Positions 17,029-25,937 of a DNA stretch of 64,000 nt are shown one piece after another (the first letter of the stretch is position 1; each line of letters starts with the position of its first letter). The notes beneath the pieces are model-generated. The model was not told where the DNA came from. It saw only the letters and a list, made by a program, of their open reading frames with translations, and made no database searches. The stretch is from assembly GCA_965263035.1 (NCBI GenBank), contig OZ253580.1:1536001-1600000 (forward strand). The letters run 5' to 3'. Both the position numbers and the translations under genes were made by a program. This DNA comes from Acidobacteriota bacterium. GTDB lineage: Bacteria; Acidobacteriota; UBA6911; RPQK01; JAJDTT01.

Positions 17029-19139
17029 GTCTGGGCGACGATCTCCAGCAGCTCCTCGCCATAGCGGCCGATCTTCGCCGGACCCAGTCCCTTGATGCTC
17101 TCCAGCTCGGGCAGCCGTTGGGGCCGGACGGCGGCCACCAGCTTCAAGGTGGCATCGTGAAGTACCGTGTAGGGCGGAATCCGAGCTTGGCGGGCCCGGT
17201 TCGTCCTCCACGATCTCAGTCTCTCGAACAAGGCTTCATCGTATGCCAGGTCGGTCGCCTCCGATCGACCCGCCCTGGTCTTGGCCTGCGGCCGTTTTCG
17301 GGGCGAAGTCGGCCAGGAGATCTCCACCGGCTCCTCCCGAAGCATGACGCGGCGACCCCGGGGCGTGATGGAAATCACCGGGTACTCTCCGGAAGAAACG
17401 CGGACACAACAGTCCCGGATCAGCTCTTCCAGGATTCCCCGCAAGTAGGTTTGCCCGTGGCCTTGGAGCAGTCCGTAGGTCGAGAGCCGGTCCAGGCCGC
17501 GGTCCACAATCTCCTGCGCCTTCGATCCCATCAGCACCTGGAGCACCTTGGCCAGTCCGAACCTGCCCTGCATCCGCGCCACGCAGCTCAGGGCCTTCTG
17601 CAGCACGACCCACTCTTCCTGGGTCGGTTCCCGGGTCTCTCCCGCGGAGAAACGGCGGCACCGGTCGCAGTTGGCGCACTGAGAGGCCGCCTCCCGGTCC
17701 CCGAAGTAGCCCAGGATGTAGCCATGCCGGCAACGGGTCGTATTGACGTAGCCGAGGATGTCCCTCAACTTTCCCCGGTCTCGGCGGCGCTTCTCATCCA
17801 GATAGGAGGACTCTTGGTCCAGGAGGACATCGTCCCGGCCGGCCAAGAGAGATATGGAGATCTGCCCACCGGGTGCCGGTTCCTGCCGGATCAGTCCGCT
17901 CCGCTCCAGCAGCGAGAAGAGGCTCCGAATCGACAACTCGCTGGTGTCTGGAGAGATTTCCCGGGTCCATGCCGACAATGGCTGGATTCGTGGCTCCTCC
18001 TGGGAACAGGTTCGCCGCAAGACGCTCCAGGTTCGCGCCAGGAGAAAGGGCTCCGGGTTGGCGGCTTCCAGAAAGAACTCCTGGGTCCGAACGTCAGCAT
18101 AGTTGTAGAGGAGTTCGCAGAGCGCGGGCGACCCGTCACGGCCGGCCCGGCCGACCTCCTGGTAGTAGGCCTCGACGCTGCCCGGCAGGTCCCAATGCAC
18201 CACGAAATGAAGATCCGCTCGGTCCACGCCCATGCCGAAAGCGTTGGTGGCCACCACGACCGGGTCCTCCTTGCCCATGAACCGATCCTGGACGGCCTGG
18301 CGCTCCCGGTCCGGCAGGCCCGCATGATAGAGGCCCGCCTTCCTCCCGGCGTCCCGCAGCAGGGAATGGACCCGCTCCGTCTGTTTCCGGGTGGCGCAGT
18401 AGACGATTCCGGATTCCCATTCGTCCAGGATCTCGATCACCCGGTCCAACTTGGCCTGGTGGTTCGCTGTTCTGGAGACCACGAGCCGGAGATTGGGCCG
18501 TTCCAGGCCGTAAACCAGAAGCCGGGGCTCGGGTCGGTCTTCCTGCCCCAGGCCCAGCTGTTGCACGATGTCCTCGCGAACGTAGGGAGTGGCCGTGGCG
18601 GTCAAGGCCATGACCCGGGCCCGCGGGAACAGGGTCAGGACCGGCGCCAGACGCAGGTACTCGGGACGGAAGTCGTGCCCCCAGTGACTGATGCAGTGGG
18701 CCTCGTCCACGGCGACCAGGGAAACCGTGCGGCTCTGCAAAACCTCCATGAACCGGCGATTCCGGAAGCGCTCCGGCGCCACGTAGATCAACTTGTACGA
18801 TCCCCGCTCTAATTCCCGGATGCGGTGATCCATTTCCCGCCAGGTCAGAGAGGAGTTGATGAAGGCGGCCGGCAGCCCCCGCGCCACGAGCCCGTCCACC
18901 TGATCCTTCATGAGGGCGATCAAGGGGGAGACCACCACCGTGACCCCCTCCAGCAGCAGCGCCGTCAACTGGTAGCAGAGAGATTTCCCCCTGCCCGTCG
19001 GCATGATCACGATGGAATCGTCGCCGTTCAGGGTATGAAGAATGGTCTCTTCCTGTCCCGGAAGAAACGAGGGGAAGCCGAAATGCTCCTCCAGTGCCGC
19101 CCGCAGGTCGGGCGGAGACACGGATGAGTTGGCCTCCAT
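16998..19139 (-). CDS. recQ: ATP-dependent DNA helicase RecQ
   Basis: PTGRGKSLCYQ, DEAHCISHWGHDFRP, Zn-binding Cys, RQC and HRDC domains. Confidence 0.93.
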   Translation of the reverse strand: MEANSSVSPPDLRAALEEHFGFPSFLPGQEETILHTLNGDDSIVIMPTGRGKSLCYQLTALLLEGVTVVVSPLIALMKDQVDGLVARGLPAAFINSSLTWREMDHRIRELERGSYKLIYVAPERFRNRRFMEVLQSRTVSLVAVDEAHCISHWGHDFRPEYLRLAPVLTLFPRARVMALTATATPYVREDIVQQLGLGQEDRPEPRLLVYGLERPNLRLVVSRTANHQAKLDRVIEILDEWESGIVYCATRKQTERVHSLLRDAGRKAGLYHAGLPDRERQAVQDRFMGKEDPVVVATNAFGMGVDRADLHFVVHWDLPGSVEAYYQEVGRAGRDGSPALCELLYNYADVRTQEFFLEAANPEPFLLARTWSVLRRTCSQEEPRIQPLSAWTREISPDTSELSIRSLFSLLERSGLIRQEPAPGGQISISLLAGRDDVLLDQESSYLDEKRRRDRGKLRDILGYVNTTRCRHGYILGYFGDREAASQCANCDRCRRFSAGETREPTQEEWVVLQKALSCVARMQGRFGLAKVLQVLMGSKAQEIVDRGLDRLSTYGLLQGHGQTYLRGILEELIRDCCVRVSSGEYPVISITPRGRRVMLREEPVEISWPTSPRKRPQAKTRAGRSEATDLAYDEALFERLRSWRTNRARQARIPPYTVLHDATLKLVAAVRPQRLPELESIKGLGPAKIGRYGEELLEIVAQTQSAPSPKTT

Positions 19140-19266
19140 GGAGCACAAAATGGAATCACCCCCGGCGGTGAGGACCGAACCGTTCAACCTTACAAGAAAA
19201 GGCTGGCAAGGGGACGATTTCAGACCCGCAACCCGATATCCTCCCGATTCGGGAGACTGGCCGGGC

Positions 19267-20250
19267 TCAGATTCCAATCAGCGGCTTGAGATACCGGGCG
19301 CTACGCGCCACCGCCTCCTCCACCGGCATGACGCCGGCGAAGGCCTGGTGGACGGTCACGTAGCCTCCATACCCGATGGCGTCGAGGCCGCGAAAGACCT
19401 CCTCGAAATCGACGCCTCCTGCTTCCCACAGACCGATGTGGTCCACCGCGACGCCGCCGCGGCCCCAGGTCTCGACCACCGTCACCCCGGAGGGAGTCAG
19501 GAGGTGGTTCTGAACATAGACGTTCATGAGCCAGGGCTCGAGACGGCGGATGGTTTCGGCTCCGTAGTCCTCCCCGGCGATGAACCAGTTGGCCGGTTCG
19601 TAGATGATGCCGAAGTTGGAACGGTCGACCCGCTTGAGGACGTCCAGTGAGCCTTCGACCGTCTCGAACAGACTGGCGCAATGCGCCTGGTGAGCGAGCC
19701 GGATCCCCCGCTCCCGGGCTTCGTCCGAGGCGCGGGCGGCCCATTCGATATCTGCTTCCTTCTTCATGCAGATCCGGATCAGATCGGAGCCCAGGGCCTC
19801 GGCCAGATCCAGGAAGGGCGTGATGTTGCGGAGTCCGCCCGGGCCCTGCTCATCGTTTCGGGGAACGGCGAAATCGCCGGTGACCATGGAGACGGCCAGG
19901 TCCGCCTGAGCGACGGAGCGAGCCGCTTCCCGTACTCTCTCTTGCGGCGAGTGGATGCCCACCTGAGACGCCCGCATGCAGACGGCCCCGTACCCGTGCT
20001 CTTGGGCCAGACCGATGATCTGGTCCAGTGTCAGGTCCGCCCTTTCCTTGGAACTGAAGGATTCGGCCACTCGTGCAGACAGGGATAGCTTCATGGTGTC
20101 CTCGCTGGTCGATTTCGGCGGGGGCGATTTCTCAGCCGGAGGACGGCAACCGCCCAGAAAACTCAGGGCACCCAATCCCAGAAACCCTTCCAGCAGCTGT
20201 CGTCGAGTTGGCGCCATTGATTCGTTCCAGACGATTTCCGGTTCTGTCAT
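19267..20250 (-). CDS. Sugar phosphate isomerase/epimerase TIM-barrel with Tat/lipoprotein-like N-terminus
   Basis: AP-endonuclease-2-like pattern (G.VDF...F..L..IGY.G); TRRQLL and FLGGC; start uncertain. Confidence 0.75.
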   Translation of the reverse strand: MTEPEIVWNESMAPTRRQLLEGFLGLGALSFLGGCRPPAEKSPPPKSTSEDTMKLSLSARVAESFSSKERADLTLDQIIGLAQEHGYGAVCMRASQVGIHSPQERVREAARSVAQADLAVSMVTGDFAVPRNDEQGPGGLRNITPFLDLAEALGSDLIRICMKKEADIEWAARASDEARERGIRLAHQAHCASLFETVEGSLDVLKRVDRSNFGIIYEPANWFIAGEDYGAETIRRLEPWLMNVYVQNHLLTPSGVTVVETWGRGGVAVDHIGLWEAGGVDFEEVFRGLDAIGYGGYVTVHQAFAGVMPVEEAVARSARYLKPLIGI

Positions 20251-20257
20251 CGGCTAA

Positions 20258-20418
20258 CAGTCCGTGGTGAAAGTCCCGCGTAGCACCGAGACCGTTCCTG
20301 CGCCCGCCGGACCAGGCGCGGTGAGGGAGCATATTCGACCATATGTGACCGAGGCGCAACGCAGTCCGCGCACGATGCAGACCCGGTCGAATGCCGCGAC
20401 GACTTTTACCACGGGCTG
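20258..20418 (-). mobile_element. MITE-like element, copy 3 (inverted)
   Basis: 161 bp, near-identical to copy 2; CTAA on both flanks. Confidence 0.82.
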
Positions 20419-21491
20419 CTAAGGCTCACTTCCACTCTCCGACTGGGCCGGTGGGTCCTGCCTCCAGCCAGTTGCTCGGCGATCTGGACGGCGTTGAGGG
20501 CCGCCCCCTTTCGGATCTGATCGCCGCAGACGAACAGGTTCAGGCCGTGGAGGCCGTTCCTCCCGGAGCGGCTGATATCGGAGCGAATCCGGCCCACAAA
20601 CACGTCGTCCCGTCCGGACGAGTCCAGCGGGGTGGGAAAACGGTTGCCGGTCCGATCGTCCAGGACCGAGACACCGGGAGCGTTCGCCAGCAGGCTCCTG
20701 GCCTGGTCCGCATCGAGGGGCTCCTCCGACTCCAGGTTGATGCTCTCGGCATGGGCGCGCATGACGGGAACCCGCACACAGGTGGCGGTGATGGCGACCG
20801 AGGAATCGCCCCAGATCTTGTGGGATTCCCGAACCATCTTCATTTCTTCCGAGTTGTACCCCTCGGGTCCGATTCCCGAGTCGTGGCTGAAGAGATTGAA
20901 GGCGTACTGCTGGCGGAAGATCTCGCAAGTGGGGGGCCGGCCGGCCAGCACCTCGCGGGTCTGCTGCTCCAGTTCGGCCATGGCCGCGGCCCCGGCGCCG
21001 CTGGCGGCCTGGTAGGTGCTCACTACGATGCGCCGTACCCGGACGGCGCGGTGTATGGGAGTCACCGGCACGATCATGATGATGGTCGAGCAGTTGGGGT
21101 TGGCGATGATCCCGCCGCGGCCCAACTCCACGCCCTCCAGGGCTTCCGGATTCACTTCCGGAACCACCAAGGGGATGCCTTCCGTCATCCGGAAGGCCGA
21201 GCTGTTGTCGACGACGGTGGCTCCGGCCTCGGCGGCCAGGGGAGCGAACTTGCGGCTGATGGACGCGCCGGCGCTGAACAGGGCCAGCTCCACGTCCCGG
21301 AAGCTATCCTCCGTCAGTTCCTCGACGGTGTGGGGCTTTCCCTGGAATTCAATGGTCTTGCCCGCGCTACGGCGGCTGGCGAGAAGCTTGAGACGGCCCA
21401 CGGGAAAACGCCGCTCGGCCAGCAGGCGGACGAACTCCCGCCCCACGGCCCCGGTCGCACCCACGATGGCTACGCTCGTATTGCCCGACAC
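20406..21491 (-). CDS. asd: Aspartate-semialdehyde dehydrogenase
   Basis: VGATGAVG, NPNCST, STYQAASGAG and RKGAALNAVQIAE; GGAGG before GTG. Confidence 0.95.
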   Translation of the reverse strand: MSGNTSVAIVGATGAVGREFVRLLAERRFPVGRLKLLASRRSAGKTIEFQGKPHTVEELTEDSFRDVELALFSAGASISRKFAPLAAEAGATVVDNSSAFRMTEGIPLVVPEVNPEALEGVELGRGGIIANPNCSTIIMIVPVTPIHRAVRVRRIVVSTYQAASGAGAAAMAELEQQTREVLAGRPPTCEIFRQQYAFNLFSHDSGIGPEGYNSEEMKMVRESHKIWGDSSVAITATCVRVPVMRAHAESINLESEEPLDADQARSLLANAPGVSVLDDRTGNRFPTPLDSSGRDDVFVGRIRSDISRSGRNGLHGLNLFVCGDQIRKGAALNAVQIAEQLAGGRTHRPSRRVEVSLSSPW

Positions 21492-21582
21492 GACACACCT
21501 CCGTATTGAACGCCCACCCGGGGCAACAGTCGTCGCAGCCTCCAGCCGGCGCGACGGCAACTTCTTGCCACGAAAGGGTAAA

Positions 21583-21611
21583 CAGCCCGTGACGACGTTG
21601 CCCACGGGCTG
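21583..21611. repeat. 29-bp collapsed derivative of the MITE (TIR hairpin)
   Basis: CAGCCCGTG-N11-CACGGGCTG matches the MITE left terminus. Confidence 0.6.
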
Positions 21612-21685
21612 TCAACGTGAAGCGAGAGTATACCAGGATGCCCGCCGTTGAAGTTCCGGGAGGCGGGGTGGAGGGAGGCTGCTGC

Positions 21686-22531
21686 TCAGTTCAGCAGCGT
21701 CGCCTTCTTGATGTAGTCCAGCTTGGGAAAATCCCGCTTGAGATAGCTGTTGCCTTCGGCGCGAATCCGCCCCTGACCCGGTCCCCGGCCCGAGGGAGCC
21801 CCCTCGCCGTACCCCTTGTAGACGGAGTCCACCACCTCCATCCCTTCGATGACTTGTCCGAAGGGAGAAAAGCCGTAGCTGTCCAGGCTCCCGTTGTCCT
21901 TGTAGTTGATGAAGAACTGCACCGAACGGGAGTGGGGCATGTTGGTCTTGGCGAAGGAAATGTACCCCCGATGGTTCGACTTCACCACCGGGTCGTCCTG
22001 GATGTTGGCGGCGCTCCACTTCTGCCCGATGGCCGGATCGCCATGCATGCCGAACTGGGCCATGAACCCTTCGATCACTCGGAAGAAGGCGATATTCCGG
22101 AAGTAGCCGATTTTCACCAGGTTGTAGAAACGGTCCGCGCCTTGAGGCGACCATTCCCGGGTCACCTCGACCAGGAAGCTCCCCTTGGTGGTTTCGAACT
22201 TGGCCTTGAAGGTGGCGGGAGCCTTCCCGTTGGCCAGGGAAGGATTCCGTAGAGCGGGATTGGGCCCCTTCAAGGGCCGAGGTGGCTTGTCCATTTTGAC
22301 GGGCTCCGGTTTCGGTTTGTCGGGTTCCTTGGCAGGCTCCGGCGGGGTTGCATCCGCAACGTCGCCGGCCGCTTCCTCGGCGGTTATCTTGTCGCCCGCA
22401 TCGGCCACGGCCGCGGCCTCGTCGGCCGCAGGCGGCTCCGAGGAATCGGCTTCATCGGAGACAGGCGCACTACAGGAGAGCGAAAGCAACAACAAGAAAA
22501 ACGCACAATACTCCAATCGCCTTGCATGCAT
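21686..22531 (-). CDS. Cyclophilin-type peptidylprolyl isomerase, lipoprotein
   Basis: FFRVIEGFMAQFG, QFFIN and FGQV; lipobox LSLSC; Ala/Pro linker. Confidence 0.92.
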   Translation of the reverse strand: MHARRLEYCAFFLLLLSLSCSAPVSDEADSSEPPAADEAAAVADAGDKITAEEAAGDVADATPPEPAKEPDKPKPEPVKMDKPPRPLKGPNPALRNPSLANGKAPATFKAKFETTKGSFLVEVTREWSPQGADRFYNLVKIGYFRNIAFFRVIEGFMAQFGMHGDPAIGQKWSAANIQDDPVVKSNHRGYISFAKTNMPHSRSVQFFINYKDNGSLDSYGFSPFGQVIEGMEVVDSVYKGYGEGAPSGRGPGQGRIRAEGNSYLKRDFPKLDYIKKATLLN

Positions 22532-22672
22532 GTTTCTTTATCTCCTTCATGGTTTCCGTTTCCGGTCCTCTCTCCAGACCGTCGATTATTGCCCGGCAGA
22601 GGGTTCGGTTCAAGAGAAACGGGTTCGAAGCCAAACTCGAATTCGTAGTGCCCAATTTCCAAGCCGCGTTTC

Positions 22673-22701
22673 TTGACACCTTACTCAGACGTCCATAGTT
22701 T
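22673..22701 (+). promoter_or_regulatory. sigma70-like promoter
   Basis: TTGACA-N17-TAGTTT upstream of GGAGG and ATG 22721. Confidence 0.5.
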
Positions 22702-22720
22702 GATGCAGGGAGGTAGGCAA

Positions 22721-24376
22721 ATGCAGCAGAGGCGGCTTCGAGGGTCGGATAGAGAGGTCGGTGGATCCCCGACCGGGGCCGGAACCGGCTCACGGTTCGT
22801 TGCGGGCGCCCTTTCGGCATGGCTTGCCTTCGCGGGAATGGCGGCGGCGGGCTCTGCAGGCCTCCTTCATATCGGCGGAAACAAGCAACTTTTCATCGAC
22901 GACCACGTCATCCAGAGTCTCAGCCACGCCAAGCAGATCCTCAACCCGGCCGTCAAACATCCGGCAAACCCCCTCTTGAAGCAGGACCGTCCCTGGGAGG
23001 GTCATTACGTCGGGCTCCAACGGATGATCTACGACCCGGACCGGGGCATGTACCGGATGTGGTACCGGACAACCGGAGCGTTCGAGTCCCAGAAGGGGGG
23101 CGCCGATCGGCTCAGACCCTACCGCTGGGACTGGAGCCTGAAGGACGGAAAAGCGGTCCGCAGCAAGGTGGAGGAGGTCTACGGTTACAAGCAATACGCC
23201 GACGGCCGGGATTGGCTCATCTGTTACGCCACCTCCCGGGACGGCATCCATTGGGAGAAACCGAACCTGGGCCAGGTGGAGTTCGAGGGCTCCCGCGACA
23301 ACAACATCCTACCGCCCGGGACCCTGGTCCCCCTGTTTCGGGACGGGCACGAAACCGATCCCGCCAAGCGCTACAAGTCCATGAGGTCCGAGGGCACGAC
23401 TCCCACCGTCTGGAAGCCGGGAATGACGCCGGGGATGCGGCAAAGCCTCTACTACTCGCCCGACGGCTTCAAATGGACGCCGTACGAGAACAACCCGGTG
23501 ATCGACACCGCCCCCAAGATCGGACGGTGGGGACCCACCTCACACATGGGCTGGGACCCCATCCGGCAGGTCTACGCCGTGTTCATGGAGCAGTGCCTGC
23601 ACCGGGGCTGCCCCCGGGGGCAGCGGATCATCGGCCGGGCCGAGAGTCCCGACATGACCCGATGGACCCCGGATCAGAACGTCCTGATCCAGGACGAGTT
23701 GGATTATCCGGACACGGAGTTCTACTCCATGCCGGTCATGGCCTACGAGGGAATTTACATCGGTCTGCCCTGGATCTTTCGAACAACCAATACGCTCCAT
23801 TACCCCCAACTGGCCTTCAGCCGGGACGGGATCCGTTTCGAGCGTCCGTACCGCGAGCCCTTCCTGCAGGTGGGTGACAAAGGGGATTTCGACGAGAGCA
23901 CCATCTACGTGCACCAGCCCATGGTCCGTGACGGCGAGATCCGGATCTACTATTACGGCGGCAACTGGAGGGGATCCGAGGCGCTTTACGGGCAGGGAGA
24001 CCGGGCCATGTTCGCCGTGGCTCTGGCCACGGTTCGCGAGGACGGGTTCGTCTCCGTGGACGCCGGCAAGATCCACCCCGGAGTCCTCACGACCCGCTTC
24101 CTCAGCTTCGAGGGCCGCCGTCTGGTGGTGAGCCTGGAGGCCGCCAAGCACAACCACGGCTCGGGACGTCCCGAGGTCCGGGTCGAGATCATCGGAAACG
24201 ACCACCATCCCATCCCGGGCTATACGCTGGCCGAGTCCGATCCGGCCCGCGTAACCGGGAAGCACGTCATGAGCTGGCGGGGAAAGACGGAACTGGGGGC
24301 CCTGGCCGGAACCCCGGTGCAGCTGCGCTTCGTGATTCGAAACGCCAAGCTCTTCTCGTTCCAGTTCCGACCCTGA
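22721..24376 (+). CDS. Secreted glycoside hydrolase-like five-bladed beta-propeller protein
   Basis: Repeated S.DG..W boxes, PWEG motif, C-terminal beta-sandwich ending LFSFQF. Confidence 0.7.
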   Translation: MQQRRLRGSDREVGGSPTGAGTGSRFVAGALSAWLAFAGMAAAGSAGLLHIGGNKQLFIDDHVIQSLSHAKQILNPAVKHPANPLLKQDRPWEGHYVGLQRMIYDPDRGMYRMWYRTTGAFESQKGGADRLRPYRWDWSLKDGKAVRSKVEEVYGYKQYADGRDWLICYATSRDGIHWEKPNLGQVEFEGSRDNNILPPGTLVPLFRDGHETDPAKRYKSMRSEGTTPTVWKPGMTPGMRQSLYYSPDGFKWTPYENNPVIDTAPKIGRWGPTSHMGWDPIRQVYAVFMEQCLHRGCPRGQRIIGRAESPDMTRWTPDQNVLIQDELDYPDTEFYSMPVMAYEGIYIGLPWIFRTTNTLHYPQLAFSRDGIRFERPYREPFLQVGDKGDFDESTIYVHQPMVRDGEIRIYYYGGNWRGSEALYGQGDRAMFAVALATVREDGFVSVDAGKIHPGVLTTRFLSFEGRRLVVSLEAAKHNHGSGRPEVRVEIIGNDHHPIPGYTLAESDPARVTGKHVMSWRGKTELGALAGTPVQLRFVIRNAKLFSFQFRP

Positions 24377-24414
24377 ACTGACCCAGCCGCTCACCGCTGA
24401 GAAATCACAAATCC

Positions 24415-24468
24415 CGACAGAAAGGGACAGTCGCTGCGACACGACAGAAGCGACAGAAAGGGACAGTC
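24415..24468 (+). repeat. 18-bp direct repeat CGACAGAAAGGGACAGTC x2
   Basis: Exact copies at 24415-24432 and 24451-24468; inverted relative at 25747-25760. Confidence 0.75.
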
Positions 24469-24678
24469 TTGAGAACAGTCTTTTTCTTCTTTCCGATTCT
24501 GTGTCGTGATTCTTGGGAATCCCGCCCGGAAGCAGCGCAGTGAACCTATGGCCAAAGGATGGAAGTCCGGAGGACATTCCACACACTAAGGAGGACAATT
24601 CAGTCTATTAGGCGGTTCCAGTGATCTGGGTCGTTCGGTGCCACGGTGGCAGAATCGACGGTCGGAAATCAGGCGAGT

Positions 24679-25614
24679 CTACGAGACGAAGGCATTCGAG
24701 CGCTGCTCCCGCAAGGAAAACAGCGCTCCGCCCAGTTGGGGGATGGGGTGTCGGCGACGTCGATATCGACCTTGCTGCCGATAAGTCTCCAGCAGTTGCG
24801 CCACCTTCTCTGCCGGCCCGACGGCCAATCCGTCCGTCAGAAATCGCAAACGCCGGCGAAAAGCTCCGGGACGGGTAAATCCACGTCGCTGCTCCTGATG
24901 GAGGATCCACCGGGGGATCGCGGCCTGGTCCTCCCGGGTGGGGACGGCTCCTCGATAGTACAAGCGAGCCCGGTAACTGCTGTACAGGTCCGTTCCGGGA
25001 TCCGAAGGGAACAGTTCCTCCAGTGGAATCAGGTCTTGGTCCTTGCCGGTGAGTCTCCAGCGGGCCGAGCCCCACTTCCACTGCTCGGGCCTTTTGACCA
25101 GTCCGGCCCGGACGGCATTGAGTTCCACGTAGAGGATGGCATCCTGGACGGCTTGGCGTCCCAGGAGTTCCGGGTTCTTGAAACGATCACCCCCAAAATG
25201 GCCTCGCCGTGCAAACTCGTGGTTGAACCACGTGGCATATTGCCCGTCCAAGTTCGCCATCAGTTTGGACACGTCAAATAGACGCTGGTTGAAAGCCTCC
25301 CATTGGGCGTCGGTCCAACGGGCAGTTTTCACCTCTGCCTGTCGTCCATAAAGTATGTGGGCGCTCTCCCACAACTCCTCGCGGGACAAGGGGCGGGGTT
25401 TCTCAAAATGGACGATGAAGTGGAAATGATTACCCATGATCTGGAAGGCGGCCAAACGACACCGGTAGACAGCCACATAGAACAACATCATGTTCAGGAG
25501 TTTGCGACGGGCTTGCCGGTTTTCAAAGGGGAACCAATCAGTCCAGCCGGTGACTCGATTGGTGAGGTGATAGAAGGCGGCTTCTGAGCTCTTGTGTCGT
25601 GCGGTTCGGGCCAT
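24679..25614 (-). mobile_element. REP-associated tyrosine transposase (RAYT, Y1 HUH)
   Basis: MAR..R, YHLTNR, IMGNHFH (HUH), YVELNAVRAGLV and W.WGS motifs. Confidence 0.85.
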
Positions 25615-25937
25615 GGCCACGGTCCTCGGTTCACCGGACTCGGACTCAGCAGGGATGGGTTCGCACCTCTGATGACAACAACGATTCGGATCTGAGAAAG
25701 GCGAAGGAAACTCAAGAAAATCAGCAAATCTAATGACCGGAAAAATAGACTGTCCCCTTTTTTTCCGTGAATATCCGGTGGATTGCCAAGCCCCGCTATC
25801 GCCGGTGATTCTGGGGTTGGGCACTATTGTTAGTAATCCCCTAAATGTCGGCTCATTTTTGCTATCAATGGACAAATTGCATCCATTCCAAGCAACTTCC
25901 CCCCCCCACCGACACTTATTTTCTCTTTCCTTTCCGA

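Noticed and set aside
24415-24480. 18-bp direct repeat as a mini-CRISPR
   Set aside because: Only two copies, the 18-bp spacer is itself repeat-like, and it lies beside a RAYT
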